A stretch of 64,000 bases of DNA. Origin: a virus. Position numbers and translations under genes: made by a program. Under the pieces are notes generated by a model. It searched no databases. It saw only the letters and a list, made by a program, of their open reading frames with translations, and was not told the origin of the DNA. Shown here piece after piece: positions 56,622-64,000 of the stretch. Every line of letters starts with the position of its first letter. Positions within the stretch are counted from its first letter, which is position 1. The DNA lies in the IMG/VR virus record IMGVR_UViG_3300043409_001318, positions 120,353-184,352 of that record; one strand, 5' to 3'.

Positions 56622-56799
56622 GTATATGGAATCTGTTTACGAACAGTTCTTCATAATGAAATATCATGGGGGCTGGTCGATAACAGAAGCATATAATCTT
56701 CCAATTGGTCTTAGAAATTGGTTTTGTGAAAGATTAGCAAAACAGTTTAAGATGGAAAAAGAACAAATGGAATCAGCACAGCGGCAGAACTCCAGATAA
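56602..56799 (+). CDS. gpT-like extension, predicted to be read by a +1 frameshift from the chaperone (or from ATG 56626)
   Basis: The +1 frame reads FFGLNDKYMESVYEQFFIMKYHGGWSITEAYNLPIGLRNWF; begins in a T7 run; no SD before ATG 56626. Confidence 0.65.
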   Translation, partial: FFGLNDKYMESVYEQFFIMKYHGGWSITEAYNLPIGLRNWFCERLAKQFKMEKEQMESAQRQNSR

Positions 56800-56804
56800 T
56801 AATT

Positions 56805-56833
56805 AAGCTGGTCTTTGATAGGCCAGCTTTTTT
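56805..56833 (+). terminator. Intrinsic terminator
   Basis: AAGCTGGTCT-TTGAT-AGGCCAGCTT then TTTT. Confidence 0.8.
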
Positions 56834-56863
56834 ATTATGAACTATTTATTTTGAGGTATTTAT

Positions 56864-57190
56864 ATGAGCGATAAGATTGTTCCAATACATATAGATTTTA
56901 CAAATCCAGATACTATTAACGAATCATGGTTATTAAGTTTTGGAACAGCAATAAAATTAATATTACAACAAATGTTTGGTCAAGATATATATTTACCACC
57001 TATTTCAGTTACAGGCGATCAATATCAAGTTGAATCCTTCGCAAGAGCTTTGGCTGGCGAGAAACGATATTTTGATTCATATGTTCGTCACGGTTTAAAT
57101 GATCCAAGAACTTATAGATCAAAATATGAACTTGAATCTTCTGTTTCTAATTTTGAAAGAGATACGGGCATTAAGTGGCCGTTTAATTAA
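56864..57190 (+). CDS. Hypothetical protein before the tape measure
   Basis: ACTATTTA motif and GAGG SD upstream; ends GIKWPFN. Confidence 0.65.
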   Translation: MSDKIVPIHIDFTNPDTINESWLLSFGTAIKLILQQMFGQDIYLPPISVTGDQYQVESFARALAGEKRYFDSYVRHGLNDPRTYRSKYELESSVSNFERDTGIKWPFN

Positions 57191-57204
57191 GGAGATATAA
57201 TTAA

Positions 57205-60039
57205 ATGGCTGACCAAACACCAGAACAATTAGCAGAAAGATTAGTTAGAGGCGAAAGCTTAAATGATATAGAAAAACAAATTTTAGCTACATATATTAAA
57301 CAAAATGAAGAACAGAAGAAATCTGTTGATTATCAAGAACGAAGAACAAGAGAACTTGAAAGAGAATTAAAACTTCTTAACGAGAAAGAAAGCTTAGATG
57401 AAATTAATGAAAAAAGTAAACAAGCAGAATTTCTTTTAGCAGAAAAAAGATTACAAATAGAAATAAAGTTAGTAGAGTTTGCCAAACTTACTGAGGAGTA
57501 CAACAAAGCAAAAGTAGAATTAGATAGAGCGTCATTAACAACTGATCAAACAAGACAAGCTGCGGCTCAAAAAGATTATGATTTAGCACTTGAAAGGCTT
57601 AAAGCAAAAAATAAATCAATAGATTTAGATAAACAAAGTGAGATTCTTGCTAAAGCTGGTATAGATAATGCTATATCTGGCTTAAATTTGCTTGGTGTTA
57701 GAACTGAAGAACAAGACACCTCTCTAACTAAGATGTTTAGGGGGTTTTTGCGTGGAGGTGACGATGCTGAAAGTGCTTTAGCTGGTATTATTGCTGGATT
57801 AAAAAAACTTAATGTTGAAAATGTAGCAATAGGTTTCCTATCTAAAACTCTTGAATCAACAATAACGATGGTTAAAATGGCAGATACAACATTTTCTACC
57901 TTTAACAAAACAATTGGAACAACTGGTGAACTTAATAATGAGATTTATGAATTATCATCTGGTAATGCTTTATTAGGATTTACACTTCAAGAAACAGCCC
58001 AAGCTTATACCGCATTAGCTGGTGGCTTTACTGAGTTTAGAGGTTTATCCAAAGAAAATAGACAAGAATTAGCACAAACAGTTACAGAACTTCAAGCTAT
58101 CGGTATTGGCTCTGATATAGCAACAAAGAATATTTCATTCTTTTCAAAGGCTATGGGATTATCAACAGAACAATCAATATCACTTTCAAAAGAATTGGTT
58201 GCTGTTGCTGGTACTTTGGAAATGGCACCATCAAAAATAGCCTCTGATTTCGCTGCTGCTGCCTCTTCATTGGTTGTATATGGGGATAGAGGGATAGAAG
58301 TATTTAAAGGGCTTGAATCCGCTTCTAAGGCTTCTGGCGTTGAAATCTCAAACCTTATCTCAATAGCTTCAAAGATGGATACTTTCCAAGGTGCAGCAGA
58401 ATCAGCAGGTAGATTAAATGCTGTTCTTGGTGGTGGTCTTCTTAATTCTTCTCAATTGCTTATGGCTTCTGAAGAAGAAAGAGTAAGATTGATTGTTGAG
58501 TCAGTTCAATCTCAAGGTGTTCAATTTAATGACTTAGATAAATACACACAAAAAGCAATTGCTAGTGCTGCTGGTATAACAGATATGGCAGAAGCAAATA
58601 AATTATTTGGAATGTCTTTGGACGTTTATGATGATTATGTAGCAAAAACTACTTTATCAAGTGAAGAACAAGCAAATCTTGAAGATAGAATCCAAGCTTC
58701 AAAATCAGCCCAAGAAAAATTTAATTATATTTTTCAATCATTTGCCGTTGCCGTAATGCCTATTTTAAATATTTTAACTGGTTTTTTAGATTTACTTATG
58801 GAACTTAACAATCTTCTTGGTGGAAAACTTTTTATAAGTTTAACTATCCTTACAACAGCCACGGTTATCTATCGTAATTATTTGCTTATAACTGATTTTG
58901 CAACCAGAGCAAGTGTATTAAGTACATCATTATTAAGTGGTGCAAGATATATTTTAACGTTATTAACAGATAAACAAGCAGCATCTGAATTACTTAGTCG
59001 TTCTACGTTTATTTTATCAATGACCGCTATCTATGCGTCAGGAATGGCTACCAATTTACTTACTACTGCTAAAAGTAATTTAAGTTTAGCAACTATTAAA
59101 AATGGTATAGTTAGTGCATATACTATGAGTACGATAATAGCATTAAATCTTGTTAAAATAGCAGCAACAATAATAACTCTTGGTCTTAGTGGTGCTTTAT
59201 TTATTGCTGGTGTTGCTATGCAATTGTTAACTTCACCAGTTACGTTAGTTACTTTAGGTATTTTAGCTTTAGCAGCTATTATATATTATGCTTGGAATAA
59301 TTTTGATAAATTTGGTAAAATAATATTATTTATTTTAGGTCCAATAGGTTGGCTTATAATTGGTATTAAACTTTTATATGATTATTTTACAAAATCTGGT
59401 TCTCCTAAATTTTATGAAATGCCAAGATATATTGCTGAAGGTTTTATGATATTTGCTCAAGCATTACTAAAAGCAATACCAGCAGTTTACGCAATTGCTG
59501 GTGCAGTATTAATTATTGCTGTTTCTATGATAGCTTTATTTTATTCAGTTCTATCGCTTACTGTTACTCTTCCATTTTTTGCTCTTGCTCTTCTTTCTGT
59601 AATTCCTGCTATGATGGCGTTTACTGCTGCTTCTGTAGCTATGTCAGTTCTTGGTGGCAATATGTTGGAGAAAATATTAAGTTCAGTAACACCAGAAAGA
59701 TCAGTTGGTCTTAAAATAGTTACAGAATCTTTACATAAACTAACTGAAACAAGTACAAAACTAACTCCAGCAAATGTAAAAAATGTCAAGGATTTAGTCG
59801 ATGAAGTAGAAAGATATAATTTACAACTTTTAGCATCAACAGTAATTAATATTTCTGCTCCAATTAAAGAATTAATAGGTGCTATAACTGGTCAAACAAA
59901 TGCTGTAATGGAGGGAACAAAAGATAAAACTATTGTTCTTAAAGTTGGAGAAAGAGAAATGGGAAAGATTGTTTTGGATACAATTAATAGAAAGGGTAAT
60001 ATTGATACTGCTGTTAAAAGCACAAGCACAGTTACTTAA
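57205..60039 (+). CDS. Tail tape measure protein
   Basis: 944 aa; helical Ala/Leu-rich; N-terminal coiled coil; hydrophobic C-terminal region; AAGGAG SD; expected position. Confidence 0.85.
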   Translation: MADQTPEQLAERLVRGESLNDIEKQILATYIKQNEEQKKSVDYQERRTRELERELKLLNEKESLDEINEKSKQAEFLLAEKRLQIEIKLVEFAKLTEEYNKAKVELDRASLTTDQTRQAAAQKDYDLALERLKAKNKSIDLDKQSEILAKAGIDNAISGLNLLGVRTEEQDTSLTKMFRGFLRGGDDAESALAGIIAGLKKLNVENVAIGFLSKTLESTITMVKMADTTFSTFNKTIGTTGELNNEIYELSSGNALLGFTLQETAQAYTALAGGFTEFRGLSKENRQELAQTVTELQAIGIGSDIATKNISFFSKAMGLSTEQSISLSKELVAVAGTLEMAPSKIASDFAAAASSLVVYGDRGIEVFKGLESASKASGVEISNLISIASKMDTFQGAAESAGRLNAVLGGGLLNSSQLLMASEEERVRLIVESVQSQGVQFNDLDKYTQKAIASAAGITDMAEANKLFGMSLDVYDDYVAKTTLSSEEQANLEDRIQASKSAQEKFNYIFQSFAVAVMPILNILTGFLDLLMELNNLLGGKLFISLTILTTATVIYRNYLLITDFATRASVLSTSLLSGARYILTLLTDKQAASELLSRSTFILSMTAIYASGMATNLLTTAKSNLSLATIKNGIVSAYTMSTIIALNLVKIAATIITLGLSGALFIAGVAMQLLTSPVTLVTLGILALAAIIYYAWNNFDKFGKIILFILGPIGWLIIGIKLLYDYFTKSGSPKFYEMPRYIAEGFMIFAQALLKAIPAVYAIAGAVLIIAVSMIALFYSVLSLTVTLPFFALALLSVIPAMMAFTAASVAMSVLGGNMLEKILSSVTPERSVGLKIVTESLHKLTETSTKLTPANVKNVKDLVDEVERYNLQLLASTVINISAPIKELIGAITGQTNAVMEGTKDKTIVLKVGEREMGKIVLDTINRKGNIDTAVKSTSTVT

Positions 60040-60053
60040 AGGAATAGATAGAA

Positions 60054-60680
60054 ATGGCAGAACCACAAAATTTATCTGGTTTAACAATAACACGATTAGG
60101 TGGAGGAACAGATACTGAAAGCATATATTTTTTAAATAGTATTATGGCTAACGTAGTTTTTAATAACGTAATTACACCTAACTTTTCAGAACAAATGGTA
60201 TATGGAAGAAATGAACCTCTTGTGGTTTATAAAAACACCACAAGAACAATTAATTTTTCTTTTGCTGTGGCTTCAACAGGTTCAACTATGGCTGCTATAA
60301 ATACGCTTCAAAGTATGGTTTATTCTTCATATGATAATATTGGTCTTGTTACAGGAACACCAATATTTAAGATTAGATATAATAATTTAATTTACGATCC
60401 ATATACCAGAGACGGTCTTATAGGAATTGTAAAAGATTTTAATGTTGGAGAAAAATTTGAGTATGGAAAAATTTTAATGGGTGACGCTGCTATAGGAGGA
60501 ACGGGTGTTACTGCTGTTGATGCATTAACTGCATATACTGATAATACTCTCGGTGTTATTACTTATGCTTCTATGAAAGTTGCTTTTAATTTTATTCCTT
60601 TACCAAGTCAGCCAATTGGTTATAATGCTACTGGATTCTCTATTCCATATAATAACTATCCATTTAAACGAAAAGCATAG
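60054..60680 (+). CDS. Baseplate tube-initiator-like protein
   Basis: VYGRNEPLVVYKNTTRTINFSF; follows the tape measure. Confidence 0.6.
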   Translation: MAEPQNLSGLTITRLGGGTDTESIYFLNSIMANVVFNNVITPNFSEQMVYGRNEPLVVYKNTTRTINFSFAVASTGSTMAAINTLQSMVYSSYDNIGLVTGTPIFKIRYNNLIYDPYTRDGLIGIVKDFNVGEKFEYGKILMGDAAIGGTGVTAVDALTAYTDNTLGVITYASMKVAFNFIPLPSQPIGYNATGFSIPYNNYPFKRKA

Positions 60681-60710
60681 CACCGTAAAAAAACATTTAG
60701 GAAATATTAT

Positions 60711-61046
60711 ATGTCAAGATACAACACAAGACAAATTGAGAGAAACACAAGCGAGTTCTATGAGAACTATTTAAAAGAACGTGGATTAACTCAAATTAAT
60801 CAATATACAACACCAGAATTTAAATACCCAACTGAATCACAAGATAATCAAATAAGCACAATTAAACATACTTGGACTTATGGAGATAGATTTTTTAAAT
60901 TATCATATAAATATTATGGTGATGTTACATTATGGTGGGTAATTGCTATGTATAATAAGAAACCAACTGAACACGATGTAAAGTTAGGAGATGATATTTA
61001 TATACCACTTCCTGCTGAGAAAATTTTAAGTTATATGAAACCATAG
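60711..61046 (+). CDS. LysM / T4 gp53-like baseplate wedge protein
   Basis: GDRFFKLSYKYYGDVTLWWVIAMYN...GDDIYIP. Confidence 0.8.
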   Translation: MSRYNTRQIERNTSEFYENYLKERGLTQINQYTTPEFKYPTESQDNQISTIKHTWTYGDRFFKLSYKYYGDVTLWWVIAMYNKKPTEHDVKLGDDIYIPLPAEKILSYMKP

Positions 61047-61054
61047 GATTATAA

Positions 61055-63430
61055 ATGGCTGACCCACAAGATAGTGAAGGTTTAGAAAAAGAAGAAATAA
61101 AAGAATTTTTACCAGATGCTTATTTATTAGATTATATTGAAAATATTTTACAATTAAAATCAGCATTTAATAATCCTGTTGATAATACTGGTGGAACTTA
61201 TTTTGCTTCCAAGCACACTATTAATACTTCTTTTGAATCTAAATTTAATGAAATATTTGTTAAATTAGCAGGTAGAAGTGATATGAAGCAGTTTGGAGAA
61301 CTAACTGGTTTAAATATTGCTGGTCTTCATCCAAGAATAAAATTATATAGAATAGACCAAAGTGAAGGTGGAGTTAAGAAGAAAAGAGAGTTTGTATTTA
61401 ATTACGGAACTTCTATGAATCCAAGTACAGAGATATTTGAATCTTCACAATTTATGGGTGGTGCAGGTATTAAGAGTTTATCATATACATTAGCAGGTAC
61501 AAATCCAGCAGAAGCAGAAAGAGCAATTGATGTATCTATAACATTTGCTTTTCAATCTGTAAATGATTTTATTGGTTTTACATCTGGAGGGAAAAGTGGG
61601 TTACAACAACTGATTGAGTTTAGAAAAGATGAATTTATTACAAACTCTAAATATGCTGGTTTAGAAGATAAAACAGACAATCAAGATAAGTTTGGAACTA
61701 AATCAGATTTAGTTTCTCAAACCTTTAATTATCTTTCTTTAATTGAAAGACCAAGTTCTGTTCCAAACGAATATAACGCAAGAAATTTTGAGATAGTAGC
61801 AGAGATTGGATATTCAGTTAATCAAAGCACAGAAGTAGTCCCAGAACAATTAAGAAAAAGAATTGAAGGAATGAACTTAAATTTAGTTCTTAACTTAATT
61901 AATCACGAATTAACTTTTACAGAAGAAGGTTCCTTAGAACTTAAAGTTAATTATTATGGTTCTCTTCAACAATATATGAATGATCCAAAAACAGATTATT
62001 TTAGTATAGCATTTGAAAGTGATGAGAAGTTCAAACAAAAAAAGAATGAAGTAGATGATTTACAAGCACAAGTTAAAGACCTATCAGATCAAATAAGAAA
62101 AAAATGTGATCAAAGTAATCTTGAATCAAATAAAGAAAAACTTAAAAAAGATTTAGAAACATTAAAAACAAGAAAAGAAGAACAAAAAGAAATTAATAAT
62201 GATGTAAGATCAAATATATATTCTTCTTTTATTGGTAAATTATATGAAAAAACATTATTATATAGTTTTACAATACCAAAAGAAAGCGTTACAGCATGGA
62301 CTAAATATATTAATGATCCAGAAACAAATCCAGTTAAACCAGTATTTCCAATTAAAGTTATAGGTATTCCAACTAAACCTAATGATGATTTTAAAGAAGC
62401 AGCAGCAGAAGCAGCAAAGGAAGAACCCTCAGCAATTGATTCAAAGATTGAAGATATGAGAAATAAAAAAATTGAACCAGATAAAGAATATGCTATGTAT
62501 TATTTTTACTTTGGAGATTTATTACAAAATATAACACAAGTATATGAAGTTGGGAATACAAATAATAGAATAATTCTTGGTGATATAGAGTTTGAAGATC
62601 CAAGAAATCTTGGAACTTTTTTTAAATTTAATCTTGGTGAAATTCCAATTAACTTACAACTATTTCAATCTTGGTTTCTTGAAAAAATTGTTAAGCCAAA
62701 AAAACTATCATATAGATTAGATAATATGATAAGAGATTTAATCAATGGTTTGTTAAGACCGGCATTAGATACTGAGGTTATATTCACAAACGCAGATAAG
62801 AAAATAGATGTTAAAGTAGATTTAAGTTTTACAAATTTTTCAATTCAAACAGATAAAAATAAGGAACCAATTAATGACAAAAATTTAATTGATTATTATG
62901 GTGTTATTGAAAATAATATTTCTAATTTTTCAACTACTAAGAATAATACCCCACATTACTACAATTATTTTGTAATATATTCAAAAGTTGCTTTTTGTTC
63001 TCTTAAAGGAAATCAAATAGAAGATGAAAAGAATGGTATTATGCACCTTTATGTTGGAAGAAACGTAGGACCAGTTACATCTATAAAATTTAAAAGAATA
63101 GATCAACCATACAATAAAGAAGCAAAAGCAACAAGAGAAGGCTTTACTCCTTTATCTTCATTAAGAGATATTTATAATGTTGACGTTGGAATGATAGGAA
63201 ATCATTTCTTTTATCCCGGTATGAATGTTTTTATTCATCCTCCAGTTTCATTTGGAAATCCAGTAGATAAGAATAAATCATTAGCAAACATAATGGGTAT
63301 TGGTGGCTATTATAGTATTATTAAAGTTAATTCTGTAATAGATGCTGGCGGAAAATATGAAACCTCATTAGATTGCTATTGGCAATCCTTTGGTGATGGT
63401 TGTGGTGACCTTACTATAAAATGTAAGTAA
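61055..63430 (+). CDS. Baseplate hub protein (gp27/VgrG-like)
   Basis: C-terminal VDVGMIGNHFFYPGMNVFI and GIGGYYSIIKVNSVI; follows the LysM gene. Confidence 0.65.
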   Translation: MADPQDSEGLEKEEIKEFLPDAYLLDYIENILQLKSAFNNPVDNTGGTYFASKHTINTSFESKFNEIFVKLAGRSDMKQFGELTGLNIAGLHPRIKLYRIDQSEGGVKKKREFVFNYGTSMNPSTEIFESSQFMGGAGIKSLSYTLAGTNPAEAERAIDVSITFAFQSVNDFIGFTSGGKSGLQQLIEFRKDEFITNSKYAGLEDKTDNQDKFGTKSDLVSQTFNYLSLIERPSSVPNEYNARNFEIVAEIGYSVNQSTEVVPEQLRKRIEGMNLNLVLNLINHELTFTEEGSLELKVNYYGSLQQYMNDPKTDYFSIAFESDEKFKQKKNEVDDLQAQVKDLSDQIRKKCDQSNLESNKEKLKKDLETLKTRKEEQKEINNDVRSNIYSSFIGKLYEKTLLYSFTIPKESVTAWTKYINDPETNPVKPVFPIKVIGIPTKPNDDFKEAAAEAAKEEPSAIDSKIEDMRNKKIEPDKEYAMYYFYFGDLLQNITQVYEVGNTNNRIILGDIEFEDPRNLGTFFKFNLGEIPINLQLFQSWFLEKIVKPKKLSYRLDNMIRDLINGLLRPALDTEVIFTNADKKIDVKVDLSFTNFSIQTDKNKEPINDKNLIDYYGVIENNISNFSTTKNNTPHYYNYFVIYSKVAFCSLKGNQIEDEKNGIMHLYVGRNVGPVTSIKFKRIDQPYNKEAKATREGFTPLSSLRDIYNVDVGMIGNHFFYPGMNVFIHPPVSFGNPVDKNKSLANIMGIGGYYSIIKVNSVIDAGGKYETSLDCYWQSFGDGCGDLTIKCK

Positions 63431-63446
63431 TACACCTACTTAATAT

Positions 63447-64000
63447 ATGGCTAAAACTCTATTAGAAATAAGAAAAAGATTAAAAGATGGAAGTATTGTT
63501 GATACTTCCAATTCAACTCCTTTGTCGGAATTATTTGGAAATAGAGAAAAATATAACTCACTAATAAAAGTAGATAATGTTATTGACTTATGGTACGACA
63601 AGACATACTATGGTAGAGTAAATTATGAACAACAAGCAGTAGTTCCTTTACAAACATCAATTAAACAATTATCAAGTAACTCAGTTTCGCTTTTAGCCCC
63701 AGCAGCAGACGCATATGAAGACTTAAAGAAAAGAATTATAAAAGATGTTAATATACAGAAGCTTAAGAAGAATTCAAATTATTATCCATTAAATCCAGTA
63801 GATGGTTACAAAAATTACTTATTAGATTATACAACAAAGGTTAGAGAGTTATTTGATTATCAATCATTACAATATGTTAAAATTTTAAATAAAAGAAAAA
63901 ACATAAAGAACTTAGAAGATTATATTAATAACTTTATTGAGTTGTCTTATTATACAAATACAATTGTAACTATTTCAAATTTTATTCTATCACAATCTCC
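63447..64000 (+). CDS. 3'-partial hypothetical baseplate-region protein (not in the track)
   Basis: ATG at 63447 (MAKTLLEIRKRL...) is open to the window end; CCTACTTA motif upstream. Confidence 0.7.
   Translation, partial: MAKTLLEIRKRLKDGSIVDTSNSTPLSELFGNREKYNSLIKVDNVIDLWYDKTYYGRVNYEQQAVVPLQTSIKQLSSNSVSLLAPAADAYEDLKKRIIKDVNIQKLKKNSNYYPLNPVDGYKNYLLDYTTKVRELFDYQSLQYVKILNKRKNIKNLEDYINNFIELSYYTNTIVTISNFILSQS

Noticed and set aside
1846-60774. The many other short minus-strand and out-of-frame ORFs in the track (e.g. 1846, 7271, 14452, 23547, 28318, 36108, 38098, 44581, 57576)
   Set aside because: They lie wholly inside long, motif-supported + genes and have no SD, promoter motif or protein motif.
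1-64000. Stop-codon reassignment as in some large phages
   Set aside because: Conserved proteins are intact in the standard code, and TAG, TGA and TAA all end genes at sensible positions.
1-64000. tRNA genes, CRISPR arrays, IS elements
   Set aside because: Intergenic gaps are short and show no cloverleaf, spaced repeats or transposase.

Overview
This window is a 64-kb, AT-rich (about 30% GC by eye) segment of a large tailed dsDNA phage, distantly T4-like with a contractile tail. It uses the standard genetic code and almost every gene is on the + strand. In order it holds: baseplate/tail structural genes (1-19.6 kb); a replication/recombination block (RuvC-like resolvase, J-domain protein, primase, fused SbcD-SbcC); a putative lysis cassette; terminase, portal and prohead protease; a cluster of small proteins sharing an N-terminal 'KQIIKEE' leader; ribosomal protein bS21; fibre/neck genes; scaffold and major capsid; neck, tail terminator, sheath and two tube-like genes; tail assembly chaperone, tape measure and baseplate hub genes. 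I found no tRNA, CRISPR array, intron or transposase. The main signals not shown by the ORF track are: (1) a U7 slippery site predicting a +1 frameshift that gives a G/GT-type tail chaperone pair; (2) a shared, probably protease-cleaved leader on six unrelated proteins, possibly a capsid-loading signal; (3) all 20 Pro-Gly pairs encoded so as to avoid CCWGG; (4) a recurring MCTAHTTA late-promoter-like motif; (5) a spanin-like pair with no lipoprotein. All product calls come from recognising motifs and gene order; no database searches were run.
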